A stretch of DNA of 64,000 bases from Candidatus Bathyarchaeota archaeon. Lineage in GTDB: Archaea; Thermoproteota; Bathyarchaeia; Bathyarchaeales; Bathycorpusculaceae. Numbering within the stretch: position 1 is the stretch's first letter; each line of letters starts with the position of its first letter. This document shows, one piece after another, positions 47,551 through 57,910 of the stretch. A program made the position numbers and the translations under genes. Under the pieces are notes generated by a model. It saw nothing but the letters and a program-made list of their open reading frames with translations. It was not told the origin of the DNA and did no database searches. The DNA lies in assembly GCA_963828195.1 (NCBI GenBank), contig CAWHDT010000001.1, positions 128,001-192,000 on the forward strand. The letters run 5' to 3'.

Positions 47551-47838
47551 TTAGCCCATGAATGTTGGGTGTGCGTCTTCCTCGTTAATGTGGTGCATAA
47601 CATGAATAGCTAGTCCAGTGGCGGCGCCTGCGGAAAGCCCCAAAAGCAAATCGGTGACAGCTGCAATTTGTCCGACTAACCCTAAAACTACAAGCGCATC
47701 GAAAACTAAAGCAACGCCCAAATAACCTGCACACCACATTTTGACGCTCATTCCCCGCGGCTTGTTTATGCCTATGCCGCCTAAGAAACCGAACATAATC
47801 AGGAAGCCGATTAAAGCGAATATCCAATCGTAACTCAA
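47551..47838 (-). CDS. Small three-TM membrane protein
   Basis: 95 aa, three hydrophobic segments; AGGTGA SD upstream of the TTG. Confidence 0.75.
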   Translation of the reverse strand: MSYDWIFALIGFLIMFGFLGGIGINKPRGMSVKMWCAGYLGVALVFDALVVLGLVGQIAAVTDLLLGLSAGAATGLAIHVMHHINEEDAHPTFMG

Positions 47839-47988
47839 ATTTTTTCACCTGTCAGTCTGGCTATGTTCATTTAGAGCTTTATTAGCTTATCGAATTCAAG
47901 TCTGATAAAGGAAGCATGATTTGAAATTTGAGGATACATACCGCTAGGTTTTATTACCTTCATCGAAGAATCTTAACTACCTTAGGAT

Positions 47989-50100
47989 GTGGATGACTTA
48001 ACAAAATTCGATGCGGAGCAATGCCATAAGTGGGCTCAACTTTTACTTGCAAGGCAACAAAAACTCAACAATGCCCTAACCGCAATAACGGCAGAAGACT
48101 TTGATTTAGCAAAGAAGTTGTTTTCTCAAATTTTTATGGGAGTAAACGGCGGCGGCAAACAGGCTGACCCAGGCATGGCTGGCGCGCTCTTGTACCATAT
48201 GGCTATGGTTACAAAGATGGAGTCGGAAACACAGGTGCTTATTGACGAGTTGCACATAGACTTACCCGATGTATCTAATGAACTGGGCAAGATTTACAGT
48301 GATTTTGAATCTGACGCGGAAGAACTCACCAAAAAAATTGTCCCTTTCACTTTAGACCTTCACCGAATAGCATCAACGCCACATCTTGAAACCGTGGAAA
48401 AAATCAATCTTTTTACAAGTTTAACTAAGGAAAACAAATCAGTCGAAAACCTACTAAACAACAAAAAACCTGAGGCGGCTACTGAACTAAAAAAATTGTT
48501 CGGTCTGTGGGCGCATCAGATCATACGAATGCGTTTGATTCAAGAATACGAAACAATAAGGGGTTTACTGGTTACAGCTGAACTGGCAAAAAACATCGGT
48601 GTGCCAGCGCTTGAAAATACAATGCAGAGGATACAGGACAAGTTTGGTCAAGAAACTGTCAACATAGCTCTGGACGTAACGCTTAAAGTTGGAATGAAGC
48701 GGGAGAAACTGCAGTCAGTCATGTTGAGCGACCACTTCATAAATTACACGATGTCCGCGGACACTTTGGATGGGAAAATGGAGTTTTTGAATTGCCCGAT
48801 TTTTGGAAGCCACAAATATGCTGAGGAGAAATATGGTGTAAGCTCTGGAGCAGCGTCTCTTTTCTGTACCCATTTCTGTTTTGCTCACGCCAAAGCAATG
48901 CTGGATACAGTTCTTCCTTTTCCATTTACGCTTTGGCAGCTTAAACGGATGGCGACTCATGGCAACTGCGTGTATTACCTGAAACTTGCTCATTCCCCGC
49001 TGGCGGAGGCGGCTGAACGGTTTGTTCCGCTGGTTATGTCGTGGAACGTCACGCGCGAATGCAACATGAAATGTTCCCATTGCTACATTAACGCAACGGA
49101 CAAAAAACTTGAGAACGAATTAACCACTCAAGAAGCCAAAAATCTTATGGACCAAATCTACCAAGTTAGCGCACCACTGTTAATATTGAGCGGCGGTGAG
49201 CCTCTTTTGCGCCGAGACATTTTTGAACTCATAAGCTATGGCTCAAAGAAGGGTTTGAAGATGGGGCTAGGAAGCAACGGAAGCCTCATTGATGCGACAG
49301 TGGCGAAAAAACTTAAGGATGCTGGAATAGCAACTGTTTCAATTAGCTTGGATTCCAATATTCCTGCGCAGCATGACGAGTTTAGGGGAGTGGCTGGCGC
49401 ATGGGAAAAAGCAGTTGAAGCCTGTAAGGCTTTGAGAAAAAACAATGTGCTTGTTCAAGTAAACGCAACCTTAACACAGCAAAACTACAATCAGATAGAT
49501 GACATAATGTCATTGGCTGAGAGCATAGGTGTTGAAAATTTCCACTTGTTTTTCCTTGTTCCAACGGGCAGAGGCACAAAATTAACCGATATTTCCCCAG
49601 AAAAATATGAAGAAATGATAACAAAAACTTTCGCGAAAACTGCGAATCACAAGCTAAATGTGAGGCCTTCCTGTGCGCCCCAGTTTATGCGGATATCCAA
49701 AGACATGGGTTTGGACATGCGACAGTGGATTCGGGGTTGCATGGCAGGACTATACTATTGCCGCATTTACGCAAACGGAGATGTTACACCCTGTCCTTAC
49801 CTGCCAGTTAAACTGGGGAATGTACGGGAGAAGAGTTTTAAAGACATATGGTTTAACTCAAAAGTCTTCCAAACGCTAAGAGATCCCAATCAGTTGAAGG
49901 GCAAATGCGGAATCTGCGAATACCGGTCCTTATGTGGGGGCTGCCGAGCACGCGCCTATGGTCTCTCAAACGACTTCATAGATTTCTGCGGAGATCTCCA
50001 TGAACCCGCAGAGTTAAAAAGTGATTATCTCGCTGAGGATCCATGGTGCGTCTATCAGCCAAAAACGAAGCAAAAAGCAACAGATAACCAAAGCAAGTAA
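47989..50100 (+). CDS. Radical SAM/SPASM protein (NirJ/AhbD-like) fused to a ~345 aa N-terminal domain
   Basis: SWNVTRECNMKCSHCY, SGGEPLLR, FFLVPTGRG, CAPQF, GC.AG, G.V.PCPY, CG.C.Y...CGGCRARAY, DPWC.Y.P. Confidence 0.9.
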   Translation: MDDLTKFDAEQCHKWAQLLLARQQKLNNALTAITAEDFDLAKKLFSQIFMGVNGGGKQADPGMAGALLYHMAMVTKMESETQVLIDELHIDLPDVSNELGKIYSDFESDAEELTKKIVPFTLDLHRIASTPHLETVEKINLFTSLTKENKSVENLLNNKKPEAATELKKLFGLWAHQIIRMRLIQEYETIRGLLVTAELAKNIGVPALENTMQRIQDKFGQETVNIALDVTLKVGMKREKLQSVMLSDHFINYTMSADTLDGKMEFLNCPIFGSHKYAEEKYGVSSGAASLFCTHFCFAHAKAMLDTVLPFPFTLWQLKRMATHGNCVYYLKLAHSPLAEAAERFVPLVMSWNVTRECNMKCSHCYINATDKKLENELTTQEAKNLMDQIYQVSAPLLILSGGEPLLRRDIFELISYGSKKGLKMGLGSNGSLIDATVAKKLKDAGIATVSISLDSNIPAQHDEFRGVAGAWEKAVEACKALRKNNVLVQVNATLTQQNYNQIDDIMSLAESIGVENFHLFFLVPTGRGTKLTDISPEKYEEMITKTFAKTANHKLNVRPSCAPQFMRISKDMGLDMRQWIRGCMAGLYYCRIYANGDVTPCPYLPVKLGNVREKSFKDIWFNSKVFQTLRDPNQLKGKCGICEYRSLCGGCRARAYGLSNDFIDFCGDLHEPAELKSDYLAEDPWCVYQPKTKQKATDNQSK

Positions 50101-50461
50101 GAGAAAACGGTTTAGCTGAAAACTCTCGCGGCAGAAACTATTTAAACCATCATTGTCTTTCAAAAACTTTAATCGGCAGTTAAAATGGCTTTGGCAGCCC
50201 GCAAACACAGAAATAGGTAAACTGTGGACCGCCAACTGAACGTGAGGGTGACTAAATGGTTAGAGTCCACAAATCAACAAATACCAAAGAGGGTACTTTA
50301 GGAACAGCTTCGATAATTAAGGTAAGAAGGCACTTTGATTTTCTTCAAGGGGCATTCAATAATTTTCCGAATTTAATTAGAAAAAACATTTTCCGCTCCT
50401 TTGAAACTTAACGGAGGCAACCGGGATTTCAAATGGCAGCCTTTCCAAAAGTTTCAGAGGA

Positions 50462-51625
50462 ATGTTCAAAGAGACCGCCTTAGCTTACTCGTTTGACATA
50501 GCGGGTTTGCTTGCTGGTTTTCTTATTGCTTATCAACTCAACGTTTTCAGGCTTTCACCTTGGGCGTTGGCCCTTTATCCAGCGCTAATAAGCATAAGAG
50601 TAATTAACGGGTTGCTTAGTGGACGCTTAAGCACTGCACTGCATCTTGGAACGATTTATCCGCGGTTTTCTGGAAACACGAAAAGCTTCAACAAATTAAT
50701 CCATGCCGTAATCGTTTTGACTTTGGTAACAAGCTTAACGGTGAGTGTAGTTTCGCTGCTTTTCGGTTACTTGCTTTGGGGAATAACTTTGGCCGATTTC
50801 CCTGCGATAGTGGCAGTGATGGTTTCAACTTTGGCTATCGGTTTGGTTTTTTCTGTCGTGACGATTAAACTTGCTTTTATCTCGTTTCAACGAGGATTAG
50901 ACCCAGACATCATCGTTTACCCAATAATATCAACTGCATCCAGCATTTTCATTACATTCTGCTACATTGGGGTTTTAAACTTGTTTTTCTTTTTGCCACT
51001 TGTTGGCCGTGTAGCAATCGTCGCTTTCGGCTTAACGCATGTGCTTCTTGTTTTGTATTTAGTGGCGAAGGACGGTCATGAACCCGAATTTGTAAAAACT
51101 ATACGTGAATCCTTGATTATGTTAATGTTTGTAGCGCTAATTTTAACTCTAACTGGAACGATTTTCAAGGGGATAGATCGCGTGGCTGAAAACAGAAAAG
51201 AAATTTACACGATTTACCCAGCTTTAATTAATATGGTTAGTAATGTAGGTTCAGTTGTAGGCTCCACAGCTAACACCAAGCTTTCTTTAGGATTACTTAA
51301 GCCCTCTTTCTCCTCGATAAAAAATCACGCCAGAAACATCGGCAGCGCGTGGGTAGCTTCACTTTTAATTTTCACCGTTTTAGCCTTAATATCGTTAGCT
51401 ATTAACCGTGTGTTTCTACCAGCCAGCGTACTTGATTTTTTGGCCATAATTGTGGTATCTAACATTATAGCTGTTACTGCAATAGTTATTTTATCCTACT
51501 GGATTTCGATAGAAACGTTCAGAAGGGGCTTAAACCCTGAGAATTTTGTTATACCGATTGAAACGTCAGTTGCGACCATTATTACTTCAACCGCCTTGCT
51601 AATCGCAATTGTTTTAATACTGTAG
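50462..51625 (+). CDS. MgtE/SLC41-type divalent cation transporter (integral membrane domains)
   Basis: Duplicated membrane domain: RLSTALHLG, GLDPD..VYPI and GLNPENFVIPI. Confidence 0.85.
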   Translation: MFKETALAYSFDIAGLLAGFLIAYQLNVFRLSPWALALYPALISIRVINGLLSGRLSTALHLGTIYPRFSGNTKSFNKLIHAVIVLTLVTSLTVSVVSLLFGYLLWGITLADFPAIVAVMVSTLAIGLVFSVVTIKLAFISFQRGLDPDIIVYPIISTASSIFITFCYIGVLNLFFFLPLVGRVAIVAFGLTHVLLVLYLVAKDGHEPEFVKTIRESLIMLMFVALILTLTGTIFKGIDRVAENRKEIYTIYPALINMVSNVGSVVGSTANTKLSLGLLKPSFSSIKNHARNIGSAWVASLLIFTVLALISLAINRVFLPASVLDFLAIIVVSNIIAVTAIVILSYWISIETFRRGLNPENFVIPIETSVATIITSTALLIAIVLIL

Positions 51626-51664
51626 GTTGGAGCATGATTAAAATATTTCAGAACACATTTTATT

Positions 51665-52882
51665 TTGGAGAACGAATACATGGCTACACCCAGATTTGAA
51701 AAAATCGAGTATAAACCTATTCCAGTCAGAGAGCTTTTGCTTGAAATGAAAAATCTGTCGGAGCTAATGATTGATTTAGCGTATTCCGCGGCGTTGTACA
51801 ATGATAAAGATCTTGCTGAAGACGTACTTCAGCTTGAAAGCCGAGTAGATACGTTGGCGTACCTTTTAGAAATGGAAATAATGGTTGCTTCAAGAGACCC
51901 AAAAGACGCAGAAGCAATGGTTGGCATCTCCAGAGTTGCTTCCGCCACAAATAAAATTTCGGATGCAGCCGCCGATATTGCAGCCATAGTTACGCGGAAT
52001 ATTGGCATTCACCCTATCGTTGGTGAAATCTTTGAGAAAGTGGAAGAGCGGTTAATGAAAGTTACTGTTAAAGCTGATTCGGCGATTGTTAAGAAAAGTA
52101 TAGAAGAACTCCATTTGGCTGCAACTATGGGTGTTGACATTATCGCTATCCGACGAAATAGTGATTGGATACTTAATCCCAAGAAAACGGAGAGAGTGTT
52201 CCAAGGCGATATTCTGATTACTCGTGGAGCCCAATTAGGCATTGAAGAGTTTAAAGATTTAGCCGAGGGGAAACTCGCAAAATTAAACGTTGAAGAACGC
52301 GCCAAGTTCGAGGAAATCGTAACAAGATTTGTGGAGCTTAAAGACACCTCGGAGTTAATGTTGGATTTAGCGTATTCTTCCCTTATACTGAACAGTAAGG
52401 AACTATCTGAAGAAGTCGAACGGCTCGAAGAGCGCATGGATCAATTGCACACTGATTTTGAATTGCTTGCTTTAACCAGTGACTTCAAAAAAGAGGAAGC
52501 TTCAGGTTTTCTGGGTTTAATTCGGCTTGGTGTGGCAACAGAAAAAATCGCGGATGCCGCAGCTGATATCGCCGAAGTCGTTTTAAGAGGTATCGAACCG
52601 CACCCTATTTTGAAGCTGACAATTACGGAGGCTGAGGAAACAGTTGCCCAGGCATGTGTGACCGCGGATTCTCCACTTGTAAACAAGACACTAAAAGAAG
52701 CGCGTGTGCATGAGGATACAGGCATGTGGGTTTTAGTGATTAAAAGAGGAGAGAAATGTCTGCGTCCTAGGGCAGACTCAAAAATCGAAGTTAGCGACGT
52801 ATTAGTTGCTTCTGGATACGCTGAAGGTGCTGATAGCTTAAGGAAGCTGGCTTCCCCAGCCCAAAAATGCTCTATTGAATAG
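51665..52882 (+). CDS. PhoU + TrkA-C (RCK_C) domain protein, tandem duplicated
   Basis: EMKNLSELMIDLAYSA and ELKDTSELMLDLAYSS repeats; GVDIIAIRR and GMWVLVIKR TrkA-C motifs. Confidence 0.9.
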   Translation: MENEYMATPRFEKIEYKPIPVRELLLEMKNLSELMIDLAYSAALYNDKDLAEDVLQLESRVDTLAYLLEMEIMVASRDPKDAEAMVGISRVASATNKISDAAADIAAIVTRNIGIHPIVGEIFEKVEERLMKVTVKADSAIVKKSIEELHLAATMGVDIIAIRRNSDWILNPKKTERVFQGDILITRGAQLGIEEFKDLAEGKLAKLNVEERAKFEEIVTRFVELKDTSELMLDLAYSSLILNSKELSEEVERLEERMDQLHTDFELLALTSDFKKEEASGFLGLIRLGVATEKIADAAADIAEVVLRGIEPHPILKLTITEAEETVAQACVTADSPLVNKTLKEARVHEDTGMWVLVIKRGEKCLRPRADSKIEVSDVLVASGYAEGADSLRKLASPAQKCSIE

Positions 52883-52961
52883 TTAGCCTCGTTATTTCAG
52901 ATTCATTAACACTATAAGCCAGTAAGCACTATTCAGAATGAAGATTAGACGTCATGACTAA

Positions 52962-53317
52962 ATGGAAAACGAGGGAAAACAACGTTTAGCTGCCAAAATC
53001 CTGCATGTAAGAAAGAGTTCAATACGCCACTTAAAACATTAAATATACAGCAGGATCCAGAGGAGACATACCCCGCGTGCCCATTCTGTTTAACAAAAAT
53101 AACTGAAACACAAATTGACGATAGTGATAAACCAGAAAAAACGGAAATTGAACCAGTTCTCTCCAAGGAGAAGCCAATTAAAACCAAAGAAAAACCACTC
53201 TCATGCCAATATCACCTGGGTTATTTGAGTGAACGAGAAAAAAATCAGCAAATCTCTGACGAATGCATAATGTGCAAAGATATCGTCGAATGCATGCTTA
53301 GGAAAATGAGAAGCTAA
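52962..53317 (+). CDS. Cys-rich (two Zn-finger) small protein, apparent frameshift near 52976
   Basis: Not in the ORF track: MENEGK/TTFSCQNPACKKEF...YPACPFC...SCQYHLGYL...DECIMCKDIVEC*. Adding one A to the A-run at 52976-79 restores the frame. Confidence 0.7.
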
Positions 53318-53399
53318 TTAAAAGTAAAGTTTCATTTTTCGATGGCGAAACGTTAAAATTAAAAAAATTAAAGAATAAAGATAGGAAAAATTTTTCAGT

Positions 53400-53738
53400 T
53401 TATTTCTTTTTCTTAGTTGTTGTGTCGGTGGTTGATGCGTCGTCAGTTTTGGCTTCGTCTGCTTTTGGTTCTTCTTTTTTCTCTTCAATTTCAGTTGTTA
53501 TTTCTTCGATTGGCTTTGGGGGCGGTGTTGTTGCCATTGTCCAACCTATCCATGCACCGATTGCAAGAATAGCTATAAATGCTATTGTAACCAGAACCAC
53601 TACTGCATACAGCCTGACGTCATTTCCAGAATGAGAAGTAATTAAGCCAGGATCAATCACTAAAACGAGGAAAGCTACAGCGACTATAACGCACACTGCA
53701 AGTATTGCTCCACCTATACCTTGATCTTTGCTAACCAT
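53400..53738 (-). CDS. Conserved two-TM membrane protein
   Basis: SKDQGIG.AIL...; AWIGWTMATTPPPKPIEEI motif; charged tail. Confidence 0.85.
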   Translation of the reverse strand: MVSKDQGIGGAILAVCVIVAVAFLVLVIDPGLITSHSGNDVRLYAVVVLVTIAFIAILAIGAWIGWTMATTPPPKPIEEITTEIEEKKEEPKADEAKTDDASTTDTTTKKKK

Positions 53739-53812
53739 TTAAGTCACCACTTTATAGCCATGTATTATGTCAAGCAATTTAAAGTTTGTCATGGTTTTAA
53801 GCATGCCCTTGT

Positions 53813-55066
53813 TTACGTAGTTCCCATTTCCCAGGTCGAAAGGTACTTTTTCTGTTCAGCCGTAAGCTCATCGATGTTTATGCCCATCGTTTTCAGTTTT
53901 AGCTCTGCAACTTTTTCGTCAATTTCTTTGGGAACAGTGAACACTTTTGGCGTTAACTTTGCTGTTTTCGCTATGTATTCTGAGCACAAAGCCTGATTAG
54001 CGAATGACATATCCATAACTTCGGATGGGTGCCCTTCTGCCGCTGCCAAGTTTACTAGTCTGCCTTCGGCTAAGAGGTATAGTTTTCTGCCGTCCTTGAG
54101 GGTATACTCTTCCAGGTTGGGGCGCATTGTTCTATGAGCGGTTGACAGCGATTCCAAATCTTTTATGTTTACTTCCACGTTGAAGTGACCGCTGTTAGCC
54201 ATTATGGCTCCATCCTTCATTTTTTGCATATGCTCTTTACGTACAACACTGATGTCTCCCGTGGCAGTTACAAATATGTCGCCAATAGCGGCTGCTTCAG
54301 CCATTGGCATGACCCGCAACCCATTCATGACTGCTTCTAGCGCCCGAGTAGGTTGGACTTCTGTTACTATGACGTTGGCGCCGAACCCTTGAGCGCGCAT
54401 GGCTATACCTCTTGAGCACCAACCGTAACCTCCAACTACAAAGTTTTTGCCCGCTATCAACGTGTTTGTGGCCCTCAAGATGCCATCCATGGTGCTTTGC
54501 CCTGTTCCATATCTATTGTCGAAGAGGTATTTTGTGTAGGCATCATTTACGGCGACGATTGGGTACTTGAGGCTGCCGTCTTTTTCCATCGCTCTTAAAC
54601 GAATAACGCCCGTCGTTGTTTCTTCCGTTCCACCCTTAACGTTTTTTAATTCAGCCGGGCGTTTGCTGTGAAGGGTGCCGACTAAATCTGCTCCGTCATC
54701 AAGAGTTATGGATGGCTTGTAATCTAACGCGTTGTTTAGGCACTTGTAGTATTCTTCGGTGTTTTGTCCTCTCCAAGCGAAAACATGAACTCCATCAACA
54801 GCTAACGCGGCAGCAACATCATCCTGAGTGGAAAGAGGGTTAGAACCGCATAGCGCCACCTTGGCGCCTCCGGCAATTAACGCATGAACTAGAACTGCCG
54901 TTTCTTTTGTTACGTGAAGGCAGGCGCCTAAAGTTAAACCTTTTAAGGGTTTTTCTTTTTCGAACCTATTTTTAATCAGGTTTAACACGGGCATATGGCG
55001 TGATGCCCATTCGATCTGTAAGTGACCTTGGGGCGCTAAACTTTTATCTTTAACTTGGAAGTCCAT
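53813..55066 (-). CDS. ahcY: Adenosylhomocysteinase
   Basis: [52 protein letters not shown]. Confidence 0.98.
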   Translation of the reverse strand: MDFQVKDKSLAPQGHLQIEWASRHMPVLNLIKNRFEKEKPLKGLTLGACLHVTKETAVLVHALIAGGAKVALCGSNPLSTQDDVAAALAVDGVHVFAWRGQNTEEYYKCLNNALDYKPSITLDDGADLVGTLHSKRPAELKNVKGGTEETTTGVIRLRAMEKDGSLKYPIVAVNDAYTKYLFDNRYGTGQSTMDGILRATNTLIAGKNFVVGGYGWCSRGIAMRAQGFGANVIVTEVQPTRALEAVMNGLRVMPMAEAAAIGDIFVTATGDISVVRKEHMQKMKDGAIMANSGHFNVEVNIKDLESLSTAHRTMRPNLEEYTLKDGRKLYLLAEGRLVNLAAAEGHPSEVMDMSFANQALCSEYIAKTAKLTPKVFTVPKEIDEKVAELKLKTMGINIDELTAEQKKYLSTWEMGTT

Positions 55067-55224
55067 GAATATTCCTTCTTTTCAGAAAGAATGTGTCTTC
55101 TCCCTATTTAGAATTTACTTCGAAGTAAAAACCAGTTGAAAATAATTTAGCCCATACCGCGATTTATGAGCTGGAAAAAGTTTAATTATACCCGTCAAAA
55201 GCTAACAGTAAGAGGGTTGTATAA

Positions 55225-55830
55225 TTGAAGGAATCTTTTGCCAAATTTATTAACAAAAATTTGGGTCAAAAAACATTGCTAATTACAACTGGATTGCCTG
55301 GAACTTGGAAAACAGAAACTTCAGAGGAAATCTCCAAAATCAAAGGCTACCCAATTCTTCGAAGCGACATAATCCGCTTAGAAGTTCTCAAAAACGAGGA
55401 TGTTTTTGATGCAAAAGTAGCGGGAAACATGACTAAACGCCTATCTGTTTATGACGAAGTTTTTCGGAGAGCAGACGATTTAGCTAAAAAGGAAGAAGCT
55501 GGCATAATTTTGGATGCAACATTTGTCACTCAAGATTTGAGGCGGCGTGCAGCTGAAATTGCAGCCAAGCACGACTGGACTTTTGTAATTTTACAGACAA
55601 GCTGCCCTGAAGAAGTGTCAGTTGCTAGAATTGAAAGGCGGACTAGAGATAAGTACGAATCAAATGCTTTGACGGTGGATGCGTATCTCGCCAACAAGAA
55701 AAAGTTTGAACCTGTAAACATTGAGGATATAAAGAAAATGTATCCTGCGTTAAAGATAATTCATCTAACTGTTGACACCTGCCATGATAACGCTGAGGAT
55801 TGGTACGTCATAGGGATGGAGAAAAAGTAA
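55225..55830 (+). CDS. AAA_33 / gluconate kinase-like P-loop protein (COG0645)
   Basis: ITTGLPGTWKT (atypical Walker A), LRSDIIR, IILDATF...RR. Confidence 0.85.
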   Translation: MKESFAKFINKNLGQKTLLITTGLPGTWKTETSEEISKIKGYPILRSDIIRLEVLKNEDVFDAKVAGNMTKRLSVYDEVFRRADDLAKKEEAGIILDATFVTQDLRRRAAEIAAKHDWTFVILQTSCPEEVSVARIERRTRDKYESNALTVDAYLANKKKFEPVNIEDIKKMYPALKIIHLTVDTCHDNAEDWYVIGMEKK

Positions 55831-55847
55831 AGGGACAAAGCTCGACA

Positions 55848-56714
55848 ATGATAATTGACCTGCATATTCACTCGAACGCCTCCGACGGCAAACTAACTAT
55901 TCAAGAAATTTTTAAGGAAGCGAAAAACCGAAACATCGGTCTTATGGCGATTACAGATCATGACTCGATCAGCTGCCAAACTCAAGCCATCGCCACCGCA
56001 AAAAAAGAAGACATCAGATACATTACAGGCGTTGAACTTAACGTAACCTTCAGTCACCCAAATTATCATGAAGGCAAAGCAGTTTCACTAGATTTTCTTG
56101 GCTACCAATTTAACGCCAACGATAAAGCATTTGAAAGCAAGCTTGAAATAATGGCAAAATACAGGGAAGAAAGAGCCTCCAAAATCCTAAACAACCTTAA
56201 CATTGAATTTAAAAAAGAAGGTATTCCTGAGTTAACAAAGGACGATTTAAGACGGATCGAAGAATCTGTTGACGGAGTGCTTGGCCGACCTCACATTGCA
56301 GATTATTTGGTGAAAAAGGGTATCGTTAAAACACGGCAAGAAGCCTTCGACAAATACCTTGTAAAATGTGACGTGCCTAAGTACCCGCTTTACCTTGAAG
56401 AAGCATCAAAGCTAGTGCGGGGCGCGGGCGGAAAACTTGTTTTGGCTCACCCTAATGACCCTCATGGAACGTCGCTTGCTGCATTAACTAAATCCTTAGT
56501 TGAGCAAACAGAGATTATCCGAGAAAAAATGTTGCCCTGCATTGACGGCGTTGAATGCTGGCACTCAAGAAACACTCCCGAAACAACAAAATACTACGTG
56601 GCATTCGCAAGGAAGCAGGGGTTAATTATGACGGGCGGAAGCGATTGCCACCAAAAACCAATCATTATTGGCTCAGTTCAGGTACCCGATTGGGTAGCTA
56701 ACCAATTTACATAA
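55848..56714 (+). CDS. PHP domain phosphoesterase (TrpH/YciV-like)
   Basis: IDLHIHSNASDG, AITDHD, GVEL, GRPHIA, LAHP, GGSDCH; ATG 55848. Confidence 0.92.
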   Translation: MIIDLHIHSNASDGKLTIQEIFKEAKNRNIGLMAITDHDSISCQTQAIATAKKEDIRYITGVELNVTFSHPNYHEGKAVSLDFLGYQFNANDKAFESKLEIMAKYREERASKILNNLNIEFKKEGIPELTKDDLRRIEESVDGVLGRPHIADYLVKKGIVKTRQEAFDKYLVKCDVPKYPLYLEEASKLVRGAGGKLVLAHPNDPHGTSLAALTKSLVEQTEIIREKMLPCIDGVECWHSRNTPETTKYYVAFARKQGLIMTGGSDCHQKPIIIGSVQVPDWVANQFT

Positions 56715-56718
56715 AGGC

Positions 56719-57729
56719 TTACATTTTTTCGGCGTAGTCGGCAGCCAGTTTGAAGTAAGCTTGTGCTTCTTTGGTTGCCACTGTTTTTTCTGCGCCGCCA
56801 ACATTGGGGTCGTCTAGTTTGAAGCTGATTACTTTGCCACGGACATATGCTCGATAGCACTTATAGAAGGCAAGCACTTGCGTTAATTGCTGGTCTTTGG
56901 AATAAGCTATGTACCTTTCTATTAGGCAGTCTGATAGGTCCGATCTCTTTTGAAAGCCCAGGTCCATAGCTAAAAACGCGATGTCTGAAGCCACATCAGA
57001 GTATCTGAAGCGGTCGTTGAATTCTATAGCGTCAAAAATGCAGATTTTATCAGTTATAAAGATGTTTCCTGAATGCAAGTCACCATGGCAGTCTCTAATT
57101 TTGCCATTGTTTATCCTGCTTTCAAAAAGCACCTTACTGTTTTCCATGAAGTTGTTGACTTTATTTTGAATAAATTCGTAGTCAGCGTCTGGTACTGTTT
57201 GGTTGAGGTATTTTTGGGTTTGAGCAAAGTTTTCGTCCCAGTTAAGCTTTATGATTTTGAGGGAACCATACTGGTTTATTTCACTGCCCGTTTGCGCGTT
57301 GGAATGGAATTGAGCGATTATTTTTGATAATTCATCAATTGTCTCATTGTCTACTTTGTTTTCTTTAAGAAGCACGGTCATGATTTTTTCTTGAGGAAGA
57401 CGCTTCATCTTTAACGCGTACTCAACTGCTTCTCCAGCCCCGTCTATTTTGATAATGTTTGATTTGTTAATTGATATGACTTCAAGGTAAATATCTGGGC
57501 AAAGTCGTCGATTGAGCTCTAACTCTTTTTCGCAGAAGAACCGCCGTTTTTCAAGAGTAGAAAAATCTAGAAAGCCGAAGTTCACGGGTTTTTTTACTTT
57601 GTAAACGAAATTGTTAGTTAAGAAGACAAAGGATATGTGGGTTTGAATTAACTCGATTTTGCCTGGATTTTCCGGGTAGGCTTCTGGAGTCAGAAGGGCT
57701 TCAACCACTTGTTTTTGGGCTTGCATCAT
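56719..57729 (-). CDS. Aminoglycoside phosphotransferase-like kinase (COG2187)
   Basis: IQTHISFVFL, YKVKKPVNFGFLDFSTLEKR, CHGDLH, FDAIEFN, YRAYVRGKV. Confidence 0.9.
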   Translation of the reverse strand: MMQAQKQVVEALLTPEAYPENPGKIELIQTHISFVFLTNNFVYKVKKPVNFGFLDFSTLEKRRFFCEKELELNRRLCPDIYLEVISINKSNIIKIDGAGEAVEYALKMKRLPQEKIMTVLLKENKVDNETIDELSKIIAQFHSNAQTGSEINQYGSLKIIKLNWDENFAQTQKYLNQTVPDADYEFIQNKVNNFMENSKVLFESRINNGKIRDCHGDLHSGNIFITDKICIFDAIEFNDRFRYSDVASDIAFLAMDLGFQKRSDLSDCLIERYIAYSKDQQLTQVLAFYKCYRAYVRGKVISFKLDDPNVGGAEKTVATKEAQAYFKLAADYAEKM

Positions 57730-57910
57730 TTGTTCTTCCTTAAACCTATAAGCTTCTAAGCGGCACCCAATAAATGTGGGTATATCTATTTTAAGCGGTC
57801 GCTTAATTGAGATATTAACAGGGGATAGAAAGTGGAGAAGGGCAAACTAAAGAGCCTCAAGAAGACGCTTTTACAGAGCGGTTATTCCAAGGGAACTGCA
57901 GAGAAAATAG

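Noticed and set aside
52945-53187. 80-aa minus-strand ORF
   Set aside because: Antisense to the Cys-rich plus-strand gene, which has far better motif support.
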